A DNA stretch of 64,000 nt, taken from NCBI GenBank assembly GCA_003162395.1, contig PMON01000011.1:3392-67391 (forward strand), written 5' to 3'. A program made the position numbers and the translations under genes. How positions within the stretch are numbered: the stretch's first letter is position 1; every line of letters starts with the position of its first letter. This document shows, one piece after another, positions 26,814 through 36,851 of this stretch. The DNA is from Acidimicrobiaceae bacterium (GTDB lineage Bacteria > Actinomycetota > Acidimicrobiia > Acidimicrobiales > RAAP-2). The notes below the pieces were generated by a model. It was not told the origin of the DNA and searched no databases. It worked only from the letters and a program-made list of their open reading frames with translations.

Positions 26814-28469
26814 GTGCAAGGTGCCCGCCCCGTCGCTGCCCCCCGTGGGTCGACCCTGACCGCACGGAGCTGGCCCCAAGAGGCCGCGCTGCGCATGCTG
26901 CAGAACAACCTCGATCCCGAGGTGGCAGAGCGCCCCGACGACCTGGTCGTCTACGGGGGGACCGGCCGTGCCGCGCGTGACTGGCCGAGCTTCGACGCGA
27001 TGATCCGCACGCTCACGACGCTCGGCGACGACGAGACGATGCTGGTGCAATCGGGTCGGCCCGTGGGCGTCGTCCGGACGCACGAGTGGGCACCGAGGGT
27101 GCTGCTCGCGAACTCGAACCTCGTCGGCGACTGGTCGAACTGGCCCGAGTTCCGCCGCCTCGAGGCGATGGGCCTCACGATGTACGGCCAGATGACCGCG
27201 GGCTCGTGGATCTACATCGGGACCCAGGGGATCCTGCAGGGGACCTACGAGACCTTCGCGGCGATCGCGAAGAAGCGCTTCGGCGGGACGCTCGCCGGCA
27301 CGCTCACGCTGACCGCCGGCGCGGGTGGGATGGGAGGCGCCCAGCTGCTGGCCGTGACCATGAACGACGGGGTGTGCCTCCTCGTCGAGGTGGACCCGGC
27401 CCGGCTGCAGCGACGCGTCGAGCACCGCTACCTCGACGAGTGGACCACGGACCTCGACGCGGCGATCGAGCGGGTGACCGCGGCCAAGTCGGCGCGCCTT
27501 GCGGTGAGCGTCGGCGTGCTCGGCAACGCCGCGTGGCTGTTCCCCGAGATCCTGCGCCGAGGCGTCGAGGTCGACATCGTGACCGACCAGACCTCTGCCC
27601 ACGACCCGCTCAGCTACCTGCCCGACGGGATCGACCTCGGCGACTGGCACGACTACGCCGACAAGAAGCCGGCCGAGTTCACCGACCGCGCACGGGTCTC
27701 GATGGCGAGGCACGTCGAGGCCATGGTCGGCTTCCTCGACGCAGGCGCTGAGGTGTTCGACTACGGCAACTCGCTTCGCGCTGAGGCCCTCGCGGGCGGG
27801 TTCGCGCGCGCCTTCGAGTACCCAGGGTTCGTCCCCGCCTACATCCGGCCGCTCTTCTGCGAGGGGAAGGGCCCGTTCCGATGGGTGGCGCTCTCGGGGG
27901 ACCCGAGGGACATCCTTCGCACGGACCGCGAGATCCTCGCGCTGTTCCCTGACAACGAGCCGCTTGCGAGGTGGATCCGCAAGGCCGAGGACAAGGTGGC
28001 GTTCCAGGGCCTGCCGGCTCGAATCTGCTGGCTCGGCTACGGGGAGCGCGACAAGGCGGGCGTGGCGTTCAACGACCTTGTGGCGAGCGGCGAAGTGTCC
28101 GCGCCCATCGTCATCGGCCGGGACCACCTCGACTGCGGGTCGGTCGCGTCGCCGTATCGAGAGACCGAGGCCATGCTCGACGGCTCCGACGCCATCGCCG
28201 ACTGGCCGTTGCTCAACGCACTCGTCAACACGGCCTCGGGCGCGTCGTGGGTCTCGATCCACAACGGCGGCGGCGTGGGGATCGGCCGCTCGCTGCACGC
28301 CGGGCAGGTCACCGTCGCGGACGGCACCGCGATCGCGCGCGAGAAGATCGCCCGGGTGCTGACCAACGACCCGCTGACAGGCATCATCCGGCACGTCGAC
28401 GCGGGCTACGCCGACGCCGAGGACGTCGCCGAGACCTCTGGCATCCGGGTGCCGATGCGCGAGCAGTAG
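26814..28469 (+). CDS. hutU: urocanate hydratase
   Basis: GTG start after GAAGGAG. Conserved blocks '[15 protein letters not shown]', '[25 protein letters not shown]' and '[13 protein letters not shown]'. Confidence 0.95.
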   Translation: MQGARPVAAPRGSTLTARSWPQEAALRMLQNNLDPEVAERPDDLVVYGGTGRAARDWPSFDAMIRTLTTLGDDETMLVQSGRPVGVVRTHEWAPRVLLANSNLVGDWSNWPEFRRLEAMGLTMYGQMTAGSWIYIGTQGILQGTYETFAAIAKKRFGGTLAGTLTLTAGAGGMGGAQLLAVTMNDGVCLLVEVDPARLQRRVEHRYLDEWTTDLDAAIERVTAAKSARLAVSVGVLGNAAWLFPEILRRGVEVDIVTDQTSAHDPLSYLPDGIDLGDWHDYADKKPAEFTDRARVSMARHVEAMVGFLDAGAEVFDYGNSLRAEALAGGFARAFEYPGFVPAYIRPLFCEGKGPFRWVALSGDPRDILRTDREILALFPDNEPLARWIRKAEDKVAFQGLPARICWLGYGERDKAGVAFNDLVASGEVSAPIVIGRDHLDCGSVASPYRETEAMLDGSDAIADWPLLNALVNTASGASWVSIHNGGGVGIGRSLHAGQVTVADGTAIAREKIARVLTNDPLTGIIRHVDAGYADAEDVAETSGIRVPMREQ

Positions 28470-28472
28470 CCG

Positions 28473-29654
28473 ATGGGATCGGTCGCGATCAGCAACATCG
28501 GCGAGCTCACGACGAACGACAGGACGTTGGGCGAGGGCGCGGTGGGCCGCCGCCACGTCGCGGGCCTCGTCATCGACGACGGTCTCGTCGCGTGGGCTGG
28601 CGCGTCGGCGGACACGCCGGCCGCCGACACCTCGATCGACGCGGAAGGTGGCGCGGTCATCCCCGGATTCGTCGACTCGCACACCCATCTCGTCTTCGCG
28701 GGCGATCGGGCAGACGAGTTCGAGGCACGGATGGCCGGCGTGCCGTACGACGGCGGGGGGATCCTGCGCACGGTCGAGGCGACGCGTGCAGCGTCGACCG
28801 GCTCGCTCGATCGGGCCGCGCGACGACGGCTCGCTGAGATGCGGGCCACCGGCACGACGACGGTCGAGATCAAGTCCGGCTACGACCTCTCGGTCGCGGG
28901 CGAGCGGCGCCTGCTCGACGTCGCGGCGAGCCTCACCGAGGAGGTGACGTGGCTCGGCGCGCACGCGGTGCCCCCCGAGTTCGCCGCACGCCGCGACGAG
29001 TACCTGCGACTCCTCACCGGTCCGATGCTCGAGGGCTGCGCACCCGTCACGCGCTGGGCCGACGCCTTTTGTGACCCGGTCGCCTTCTCCGTCGAGGAGT
29101 GCCGTGCGGTCCTCACTGCGGCAAAGGCGGCCGGACTCGGCATCCGCGTGCACGGCAACCAGCTTGGTGACAGTGGCGGCGTGGAGCTCGCTGCCGAGCT
29201 CGGCGCCGCGAGCGTGGACCACTGCACGTTCTGCACCGCGAGCGGCGCGTCGCTGCTCGCCGAGTGCGGCGTCGTCGCGACACTGCTGCCCGCAGCGGAG
29301 TTCAGCACCCGCACCCCGTATGCCGACGCACGACAGCTCCTCGACGCTGGCGTCACGGTCGCGCTCGCGACCGACTGCAACCCCGGGACGTCGTTCGTCA
29401 CGTCGATGCCGTTCGTGATCGCGCTGGCAGTGCGCGAGCTCGCCATGACGAGCGACGAGGCGCTGTACGCGGCGACTGCGGGCGGGGCGGCCGCGCTGTG
29501 CCGCGATGACGTCGGACGACTGGCCGTTGGATGCAGCGCCGACCTCGTGGTGCTTGACGCGCCGAGCGCGTCGCATCTCGCCTACCGGCCCGGGTCGTCG
29601 ATCGCCCGGACCGTCCTGCGTCGCGGCGAGGCGGTCGCATCGCGCCCGTCGTGA
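28473..29654 (+). CDS. hutI: imidazolonepropionase
   Basis: 'PGFVDSHTHLVFAG', 'VEIKSGYDL' and 'ATDCNPGTS'. It starts 3 nt after the hutU stop. Confidence 0.95.
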   Translation: MGSVAISNIGELTTNDRTLGEGAVGRRHVAGLVIDDGLVAWAGASADTPAADTSIDAEGGAVIPGFVDSHTHLVFAGDRADEFEARMAGVPYDGGGILRTVEATRAASTGSLDRAARRRLAEMRATGTTTVEIKSGYDLSVAGERRLLDVAASLTEEVTWLGAHAVPPEFAARRDEYLRLLTGPMLEGCAPVTRWADAFCDPVAFSVEECRAVLTAAKAAGLGIRVHGNQLGDSGGVELAAELGAASVDHCTFCTASGASLLAECGVVATLLPAAEFSTRTPYADARQLLDAGVTVALATDCNPGTSFVTSMPFVIALAVRELAMTSDEALYAATAGGAAALCRDDVGRLAVGCSADLVVLDAPSASHLAYRPGSSIARTVLRRGEAVASRPS

Positions 29655-29664
29655 CATCGGTCCG

Positions 29665-30495
29665 CTAGTCGGCCGAGCGCACACGATCGGGGTCGCACCC
29701 ATAGCGCTGATACCAGTAGATCTCGTCGACGAAGCCCATCTTCTTGTAGAGCGCCTCGGGCCTGCCGAGGTGATCCGCGTTGATCATGAGCGAGCGACAC
29801 CCTTGCGCGCGGCCCGCGGCGGCCCAGCGGGCCAGCAGTTGCTGTGCGATCCCGCGATGGCGGAAGGGCACGCGCGTGCCCAGGTTGAAGACGAGCTGGT
29901 CGGTCCCCGCGTAGTACGCGAGGGCGGCGACGGGGACGCCCTCGAGCCGCGCGAGCTGCAGCGTGGCGAGCGCCATCTCGGGTGCCCGCACGGCCGTCTC
30001 TGCCGCGATCTGCTCGGCAGGGGGCATTGCCTCGGTGTCGCCGAAGCACTTGAGCTTCGTCACGACCCACTCCTCGAGGCCGTCGGGACCGACGTCGTGC
30101 AGCTCGAGGCCGGGTGGACCGGACCGGGCCGCCAGCTCACCCACGAGCGCGAGGTGCGACACCGACTTGATCGGCCGACAGCCGGCATCCTGCAGGGCGC
30201 GGTCGAGGCGGCCGCATCGGGCTCGATCGTCAACCCAGACCGTGAGCGTGCCGCCGCTTCGGCGCCGCGCGTCGTCCAATGCCCGAGCCACCTCGCCGGG
30301 GTCCTCGACCGTGAGGATGAGCCTCGTCCCCACGACGCCGCCCGGTGCGCTCAGGTAGCCGTACCACTGGGTCGCGACGACATAGCCGAGCGCCGGCGCG
30401 GAGTTCGTGAACCAGCTCCTCAGCTCACGCTGCAGCGCGGCGTGCTCGGGGTGGACCGCCTGCGGCTCGCGAGGAGCGCCGGTTGCCGCGGTCAC
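29665..30495 (-). CDS. GNAT family N-acetyltransferase (two-lobed, 276 aa)
   Basis: C-terminal 'FRHRGIAQQLLARWAAAGRAQGCRSLMINAD..ALYKKMGF'. The GTG start at 30495 was chosen because the upstream part of the track ORF is Arg-rich junk overlapping pheA. Confidence 0.7.
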   Translation of the reverse strand: MTAATGAPREPQAVHPEHAALQRELRSWFTNSAPALGYVVATQWYGYLSAPGGVVGTRLILTVEDPGEVARALDDARRRSGGTLTVWVDDRARCGRLDRALQDAGCRPIKSVSHLALVGELAARSGPPGLELHDVGPDGLEEWVVTKLKCFGDTEAMPPAEQIAAETAVRAPEMALATLQLARLEGVPVAALAYYAGTDQLVFNLGTRVPFRHRGIAQQLLARWAAAGRAQGCRSLMINADHLGRPEALYKKMGFVDEIYWYQRYGCDPDRVRSAD

Positions 30496-30563
30496 GCGAC
30501 CAAGTGTGGCAGTGATCCCGCGACTGAGCGCGACCCTGTCGCACCCGCCGCTCTGGCGCGTCC

Positions 30564-31457
30564 TCAGAGCCCCGAGAGGCCACCTTGATAGCTGCCGAGC
30601 ACGCGCGTGAACGTCGCGTGCTCGCTCAGCTCGGTGAGTGCCTCGACCATCGCGGGCACGTCGGACTCGCTCTCGATGTCGGCGTAGAAGACGTACTCCC
30701 AGGGCCTCCCCGCGCGCGGCCGTGACTCGAGCTTGGTCAGGTTCAAGTGCCGTTCTGCGAACGCGCCCAGGCATCGGAACAAGCAGCCCGGCACGTGCCC
30801 GACCCCGAAGACGATGGAGGTCTTGTCGGGCACCCCGATCGGATCTGCGCGCTTCGAGATGACGCCGAACCGAGTCGAGTTGTCGGGGTAGGTCTGGATC
30901 CGCTCTGCCAGCACGGTCAGCCCGTAGAGGTCCGCTGCGCGGTGCGACGCGATCGCCGCCGTCGTGCGCAGACCGTCCTGCATGATCCGCTTCGCGGCGC
31001 CTGCCGTGTCGAAGTCCGCGCGCGTGGTCGCCGCCAGCGAGCTGAGGAACTCCTCGCACTGGGCGAGCGCCTGGGGGTGCGAGATCACCTCGGTGAGCTC
31101 ATCGAGCACGGCGCCGGGAAAGCCGAGGAGGCAGTGATCGACGGGCACCGCGATCTCCGCGACCAACGAGAGACCGTGGCGGAGGAAGAGGTCGTAGGTC
31201 TCGTTGATGCTGCCGGCCTGCGAGTTGTCCATCGGCACGAGCCCGAAGTCGACCTGCCCGACCTCGACGGACTCGAAGACCCGCCGGATCGAGATGGTGG
31301 GCCGGAACTCGGCGTCAGGGAACAGCACCGAGCACGCCTGCTCGGAGTAGGCGCCTGGCTCGCCCTGGAAGGCAACGACCGTGATCCACGGACGATACTG
31401 AGCCCGCAGGCCCAAAATGGGTGCGGGGGCCGCCTCCTCATGGCCCTGTCGACGCAC
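30564..31457 (-). CDS. pheA: prephenate dehydratase
   Basis: 'VAFQGEPGAYSE', 'TRF' and the ACT domain 'ESRP..PWEYVFYADI'. Confidence 0.9.
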   Translation of the reverse strand: MRRQGHEEAAPAPILGLRAQYRPWITVVAFQGEPGAYSEQACSVLFPDAEFRPTISIRRVFESVEVGQVDFGLVPMDNSQAGSINETYDLFLRHGLSLVAEIAVPVDHCLLGFPGAVLDELTEVISHPQALAQCEEFLSSLAATTRADFDTAGAAKRIMQDGLRTTAAIASHRAADLYGLTVLAERIQTYPDNSTRFGVISKRADPIGVPDKTSIVFGVGHVPGCLFRCLGAFAERHLNLTKLESRPRAGRPWEYVFYADIESESDVPAMVEALTELSEHATFTRVLGSYQGGLSGL

Positions 31458-31481
31458 GGCGTGAGTCCGCGGTCAGCGTCC

Positions 31482-31516
31482 TCATGACATCATTTCTATG
31501 TCATTATGACGTCATG
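31482..31516. promoter_or_regulatory. AT-rich cluster of ATGAC/GTCAT half-sites between pheA and the MFS gene (candidate operator)
   Basis: ATGACAT (31484-31490), 7 nt, ATGTCAT (31498-31504), then the perfect 10-bp palindrome ATGACGTCAT (31506-31515). The last overlaps the MFS ATG at 31514. Confidence 0.4.
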
Positions 31517-32767
31517 CCAGACCCGGTCGTCGATCAGGAGCTGCCGCCATCCGAGCGGCCCATCGTGCCGTTGCGGCGGAACCGGAACTTCCGCCTGCTC
31601 TGGACCGGCCAGGTCCTCTCTGACCTCGGCTCCGAGCTTGGTGTCCTTGCCTACCCCCTCTTGATCTTCGCGCTCACCGGATCGACGGTGATCGCCGGTG
31701 CCGTCGCGACGGCGACGTCGATCGTCTCGTTCTGCGTGCGGCTCCCTGCTGGCGCGCTCGCGGACCGCCTCAACAGGCGCACGACGATGGTCGTGTGCGA
31801 CGGCATCCGAATGGTCGTGCTGGCCGGGTTCGCCATCGGCGTGCTCGCGCACGCAGTCACGTGGGAGGTCGTGCTCATCGTCGCGATCATCGACCGCGTG
31901 GGCGACACCATCTTCTCGCCATCGTCGATCGCGGCCTTACCAACGATCGTCGAAGGTGTGCAGCTCGAGGACGCATGGGCTGCCACTGAGGCACGTCAGT
32001 ACGCGGCTGGCCTCAGCGGCCCCGCGCTCGGCGGTCTCCTGTTCAGTGTCGGTGCCGCCGTCCCATTCATTGGCGACGCCGTCTCCTACGGAGCCTCGCT
32101 GCTCACGTCGAGCCTGATGACCGGCGACTTCGACCCCCCGGCGACCGAGGGCCCCCGCAGGGGGCTGTGGCGGGAGTCGTTCGATGGGGTGCGCGCCATC
32201 TGGCACGACCCGCTGCTGCGCGCCGTGGTCGTCCAGGCGCCCCTCATCAACTTCGCGTTCACCGGGATCATGTTCACCGTGATCCTCGGGCTTCGCCACG
32301 GTGGCACGTCGCCGTCGGTGATCGGGCTGACACAGGCAGCGATCATGGTGGGCGGGCTGCTCGGCGCGGTGGCGGCGCCCCGGATCCAGGGCCGGCTGTC
32401 GCTCTCCAAGATGGTGGTCGCGCTCACCGCGAGCGGCATGGCGATGACGGCCGTTGCCGCGTTCCTCATGCCCTCGCCGCTCATCGCGATCCCGCTCGCG
32501 GTGCCCTTCTTCCTCTCGCCGACCGCCAACGCCATGCTCTTCGCCGCACTGCTTCGTGCGACACCGGAGTCGATGCGCGGCCGCGTCACCAACGCGCTGC
32601 TCCAGGTCGCCACCGGTCTCGCCGCACTCTCGCCGCTCATCGCGGGGCTCCTCATCGAGCAGGCCTCGGCGAGCTGGGCCATGGGAGCCTTCGCGGGCGC
32701 GCTCGGGATCTCGACGATCCTCGCGCTCAGCCTCAAGGGCCTTCGTCGGGCAGAGGCCGCCGCCTGA
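31514..32767 (+). CDS. MFS transporter
   Basis: Start 'MPDPVVDQELPPSERPIVPLRRNRNFRLLWTGQVLSDLGS'. About 12 TM segments. Typical of the enterobactin-exporter-like MFS subgroup. Confidence 0.85.
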   Translation: MPDPVVDQELPPSERPIVPLRRNRNFRLLWTGQVLSDLGSELGVLAYPLLIFALTGSTVIAGAVATATSIVSFCVRLPAGALADRLNRRTTMVVCDGIRMVVLAGFAIGVLAHAVTWEVVLIVAIIDRVGDTIFSPSSIAALPTIVEGVQLEDAWAATEARQYAAGLSGPALGGLLFSVGAAVPFIGDAVSYGASLLTSSLMTGDFDPPATEGPRRGLWRESFDGVRAIWHDPLLRAVVVQAPLINFAFTGIMFTVILGLRHGGTSPSVIGLTQAAIMVGGLLGAVAAPRIQGRLSLSKMVVALTASGMAMTAVAAFLMPSPLIAIPLAVPFFLSPTANAMLFAALLRATPESMRGRVTNALLQVATGLAALSPLIAGLLIEQASASWAMGAFAGALGISTILALSLKGLRRAEAAA

Positions 32768-32856
32768 GCGGATCGCCGCGCGTCACGGTGGACGTGACAA
32801 GCCCCCGGCCGAGCAGCTGCTCGACCGGGGGCTTCCCGTGTGGACCGCGTCAGACG

Positions 32857-34665
32857 TTACGACTCGGTGCCCGAGAGCGCCGCGTTCTTTGCCGTCGTCA
32901 CCAGCGGCGACGTGCCGGCGATGTTCATGATCACCTTCAGCGTCGCGTGCTCGCTGCCAGGCGCGCTGATCGACGGCTTGAACTGGATCGTGAGATCGCA
33001 GGTGCCGGTCGGCGCGATGAGCCCCGAGCAGGTCGAGCCGGTGACCGTGAAGTCAGTCGCGTTCGTCCCTGAGACGCCATAGCCATTGAACGACAGGTTG
33101 ACCGAGGACGTGTTGGTCAACGTCGCGTTGCCCGAGACCGGGACGCCCTTGGGCGTCGAGGCCAGGCTCGGCGGGCTGATCTTGAACGTGGGCAGCACGC
33201 CGTGGCCGATCAGCGCGATGCGCCGTCCGACGAACGACTCGTGCAGGCGCACGGTCTGGTCCAGGGTCACGTCGAACGTGATCGCGAGGGCACCCTGTGA
33301 CCGCGGGGTGAATGCCACCTCGACCGAGCAGGACGCGCCGGACAGGATCGGGCTTGAGCAGGAGTTCCCGACAGTCGACCAGCTTGACTGGTCCGCGCCT
33401 TGGAATGCCGCGGTGTCGTAGTTGAGCGTGACGAGCGAGGTGTTCGTGATGGTCACGAGACCGTCGGACGTGGCACCCACCGTGGTGGTCGGGAACTTGT
33501 CAGCCGACAGGCTGAGGGTCGGGCTGATGCCCTTGCCGGTCAGGCTGGTGTGCTCGGTCGACGTCACCGTCACGAGCTTCGCGTTGATGAAGGTCACCTG
33601 CGCGTTGAGCGTCGCGTTGTGCGTCACCGCTGCTGCCGGTGAGTACGTCACCGTCAGGTCGCAGCTCGCTCCAGGCACGATCGGCGTGGGGCAGTTGTTG
33701 CCCGTGACCGCGTACGCGTTGGAGCCGTTGCTCGTGATCGAGTCCTTGACATAGGTCTCGTTGTGCTTGCCGGTGTTCGTGAGCACGACGATGCCCGTCG
33801 CGGTCGATCCGACCGTCACGGTCCCGAAGTCCAGCGCGGACAGCTCGAAGGGCGGCTGGCCCTTGCCGTTCGCCACGACGCCGGTCCCCTTGACGGTGGA
33901 CTCGCGCGTGACGAGGCTCTCCTTGTCACCGGGCACGAGCATCTTGACCGTGAGGGTGGCGGAGGCGGAGCCGGTGCGGTGCGGTGCGAACGTCAGCACG
34001 AGGCCGCAGGTCCCACCGGGGGCCAACGGGATCGGGCACGCGTTCGACGTCACCTTGAAGTTGTGGTTGACGACACCCTCGAGGCTCCAGGAGTGCACTT
34101 TCAGCGGCACGTAGGACGTGTTCGTGATCGTGGCCTCCTCGGTGCCGGTCGCGCCGACCATCACGTTGCCCGCGCGTGCGCCCGACAGCGTGAACGACGG
34201 AAGGACGCCTCTGCCGAACAGCGCCGCATTGACGGTCGCCTCCGACGTGATCGTGCCCCCGCCGTTCTTCTCGGCGAACGTCACCGCGAGCGACGAGGCG
34301 CGAAGGCCCGGCTCGTTGGGAGCGAAGACCACCGCGACGTCGCACGTTGCCGCTGGTGCGAGCGCACCCGTGCACGTGCCGGCAGAGCCGTGGTACTCAG
34401 CACCCTTGTTGTCCTTCGACGGCGTCGCCGACACGAAGTACAGCGGCTGGCCCGTGTGGTTCGTGACGATCGATGAGTCTGAACCCGACGTGCCGATGTC
34501 GACGGTGCCGAAGGCGACCCTCGTCACCGAGAAGTGGATGCTCTGGTTTGACGCACCAGCGGGCGATGACACAAGTGCCGTCGCCCCTACCAACAGTGCC
34601 CCCACCAGAGCAGCAATGCTCGTTCGGGATGACCCGCTCAAAGAGCGGCCCAGTAGTCGTTGCAT
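32857..34665 (-). CDS. secreted protein with five choice-of-anchor-D-like (ASH/HYDIN-type Ig-like) repeats
   Basis: ATG at 34665 follows AAAGGAGGAATT. Signal peptide 'IAALVGALLVGATALVSSPAGA'. Five roughly 110-aa units each carry 'FG.V.VG...' and a 'C..P(I/L).PG.(S/T)C.(L/V)' Cys pair. Confidence 0.8.
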   Translation of the reverse strand: MQRLLGRSLSGSSRTSIAALVGALLVGATALVSSPAGASNQSIHFSVTRVAFGTVDIGTSGSDSSIVTNHTGQPLYFVSATPSKDNKGAEYHGSAGTCTGALAPAATCDVAVVFAPNEPGLRASSLAVTFAEKNGGGTITSEATVNAALFGRGVLPSFTLSGARAGNVMVGATGTEEATITNTSYVPLKVHSWSLEGVVNHNFKVTSNACPIPLAPGGTCGLVLTFAPHRTGSASATLTVKMLVPGDKESLVTRESTVKGTGVVANGKGQPPFELSALDFGTVTVGSTATGIVVLTNTGKHNETYVKDSITSNGSNAYAVTGNNCPTPIVPGASCDLTVTYSPAAAVTHNATLNAQVTFINAKLVTVTSTEHTSLTGKGISPTLSLSADKFPTTTVGATSDGLVTITNTSLVTLNYDTAAFQGADQSSWSTVGNSCSSPILSGASCSVEVAFTPRSQGALAITFDVTLDQTVRLHESFVGRRIALIGHGVLPTFKISPPSLASTPKGVPVSGNATLTNTSSVNLSFNGYGVSGTNATDFTVTGSTCSGLIAPTGTCDLTIQFKPSISAPGSEHATLKVIMNIAGTSPLVTTAKNAALSGTES

Positions 34666-35016
34666 AATTCCTCCTTTTGCGATTGGTTTGATGATGTAAC
34701 CGCACCTGGACCGCAAAAACTGGTCACGCGAGTGGTTAATTCGCCTAACCAGTGGATATCCCAGTAACTGCATGGGTTTAATGGCTTAGAAATTCTTGTG
34801 GAAACACGTTTGGCGGCGTCGCCGGTGCCGAAAATGACCTAGCGGGGCCGACAAACGAACCGACGAACCGTCTCGGTGCACGGGTGACAGGCGGCGCCCG
34901 GGCCGCACGGCGAGCTCGGCTCTGTGAGGTCTCTGCCAGAGTTTGTCGATTCCGGCACGGGCCGATCGTCGTGGAGACAGGCGGTCCGACCGGAGTGCCC
35001 CGACTGAGAGGGAGAC

Positions 35017-35364
35017 ATGGCTGAGTACCTGGTGTTGATCTACGAGGACGAGAAGAGCTACGAGGCAGCCGACGAGGCGACCATGAAGCGCGTCATGGCC
35101 GGCCACATGCAGTTCGGCGAGAAGCACGGTGCGGTCATCAGGGGCGGCAACGCCCTCGAGTCCACGTCGACCGCGACGTCGGTTCGAAAGGGCGCCACCG
35201 GCGATCTCAACGTGACCGACGGGCCCTTCAGCGAGACCAAGGAGGGGCTCGGGGGCTACTACGTGATCGAGGCGGCGGACCTCGACGCGGCGCTCGTGAT
35301 CGCGAGGGACGTCCCTGCGGAGTTCGGCGGCGTCGAGGTCCGTCCGATCAGGGTGTTCGACTGA
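35017..35364 (+). CDS. YciI family protein
   Basis: 'MAEYLVLIYEDEK', 'DGPFSETKEGLGGYYVIEA' and 'VEVRPI'. Confidence 0.9.
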   Translation: MAEYLVLIYEDEKSYEAADEATMKRVMAGHMQFGEKHGAVIRGGNALESTSTATSVRKGATGDLNVTDGPFSETKEGLGGYYVIEAADLDAALVIARDVPAEFGGVEVRPIRVFD

Positions 35365-35370
35365 GGCACC

Positions 35371-36612
35371 GTGGCCGTTGACCCGGCCGTCGCACGCGCC
35401 GTCGCGGACGCCCATCGAATGGAGTGGGCGTTCGTGCTGGCTGCGACCGTCCGGGTCACCGCCGACCTGGACCTCGCCGAGGAGTGCGTCCAGGCGGCGT
35501 TCGCGAAGGCTCTCGTTGCGTGGGGCCCGAGCAGCATTCCGGCTCGCCCGGGCGCCTGGCTGACAACGACGGCGAGGAACCTGGCGCTCGACCAGCTTCG
35601 GCGCGAGACCGTGCTGCGACGGCACCTCCCGCTCCTCGTCGAGGACGAGACCGCCCCGCCGTTCGTCTGGGGCAGGGCGCACGAGATCGAGGACGACCGG
35701 CTCCGGCTGATCTTCACGTGCTGTCACCCGTCCCTTGCGGTCGCCACGCAGGTGGCGCTCACGCTTCGGTTCGTGTGCGGGCTCACGACCACCGAGGTCG
35801 CGAGGGCGTTCCTTGTGAGCGAGTCCACGATGGCGGCACGCCTCACCCGTGCGAAGCGGAAGATCACGCAAGCTCGGATCCCGTATCGGACCCCGAGGCT
35901 CGACGAGCTCGCCGACAGGATCACCGCGGTGCTCCAGGTCGTGCACCTCGTGTTCACGACCGGCCACGCCTCGCCGAGGGGCGACGAGCTCGTCCGCGAC
36001 GACCTCGTCGAGCAGGGCCTCCTGCTCGCGCGGATGCTCGGGGACCTGCTGCCCAACGACCTCGGCATCGAAGGATTGCTCGCACTGCTCGTCCTGACCG
36101 ATGCTCGGCGAGCTGCCCGCCTCGTCGACGGCCGACTCGTCTTGCTCGCCGACCAGGACCGTGCGGCGTGGGACCGCGACGCGATCGCCGAGGGCACGCA
36201 CCTCGCCGAGGCGGCGCTCGAAGGGTCGCCACCCAGCATCTATGCCCTCATGGCGGCGATCGCTGCGATCCACGACAACTCGCCGAGCTGGGAGGCGACG
36301 GACTTCACGGCCATCGTGGGGCACTACGACGCGCTCATGGCCGCCTGGCCCTCGCCCGTCGTCGCGCTCAACCGGGCCGTCGCCATCGGCTTCGCCCAAG
36401 GCGCCAGGGCCGGCCTTCGCGCGCTCGAGCCACTCGCCGCCGAGCCCCTCCTCGCTGCGTACCCGTACTTCCCCGCCGCCCGCGCTGACTTCTGCCGCCG
36501 AGTCGGCGACGTGCGCTCGGCACGGCTGTTCTACGAGGAAGCACTCATGCTGACGGCGAACGAGGTCGAGCGCGCCCACCTGGAACGTCAACTCGCCGAG
36601 CTCGGGAGCTGA
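35371..36612 (+). CDS. ECF-type RNA polymerase sigma factor with a long C-terminal extension (COG4941-like, YciI-associated)
   Basis: Region 2 'EECVQAAFAKALVAW...PGAWLTTTARNLALDQLRRE'. Region 4 'LRFVCGLTTTEVARAFLVSESTMAARLTRAKRKI'. About 200 aa of extra C-terminal domain follow. It starts 6 nt after the yciI stop. Confidence 0.9.
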   Translation: MAVDPAVARAVADAHRMEWAFVLAATVRVTADLDLAEECVQAAFAKALVAWGPSSIPARPGAWLTTTARNLALDQLRRETVLRRHLPLLVEDETAPPFVWGRAHEIEDDRLRLIFTCCHPSLAVATQVALTLRFVCGLTTTEVARAFLVSESTMAARLTRAKRKITQARIPYRTPRLDELADRITAVLQVVHLVFTTGHASPRGDELVRDDLVEQGLLLARMLGDLLPNDLGIEGLLALLVLTDARRAARLVDGRLVLLADQDRAAWDRDAIAEGTHLAEAALEGSPPSIYALMAAIAAIHDNSPSWEATDFTAIVGHYDALMAAWPSPVVALNRAVAIGFAQGARAGLRALEPLAAEPLLAAYPYFPAARADFCRRVGDVRSARLFYEEALMLTANEVERAHLERQLAELGS

Positions 36613-36851
36613 CGGGCCCGACTGCTCTCGGAGCGTGAAGCCCCGCCCGACAACTGCATCGCCGGCGGCGGCGAGCGGTAGCTCCGAGCCTGGGAGGACT
36701 GGGCCGAGTGCACAGGAGTCTGCCACCGAGCGGCACGCAGCGAATGGGTCAAGCCAGACCTCGCCGCACTGCCCGTGCCGTGCTGAGTCGATCGCCTGCT
36801 CGCGCAGTTCTCGCCGCACCCGCCGGCGTGGAGCGGCGATGAGGACGCCGG

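Noticed and set aside
26796-29702. 968-aa ORF on the minus strand spanning hutU and hutI
   Set aside because: It is antisense to two unambiguous, motif-rich genes. Its translation is Arg/Ala/Gly/Pro/Asp-rich with no domain. This is the classic high-GC shadow ORF.
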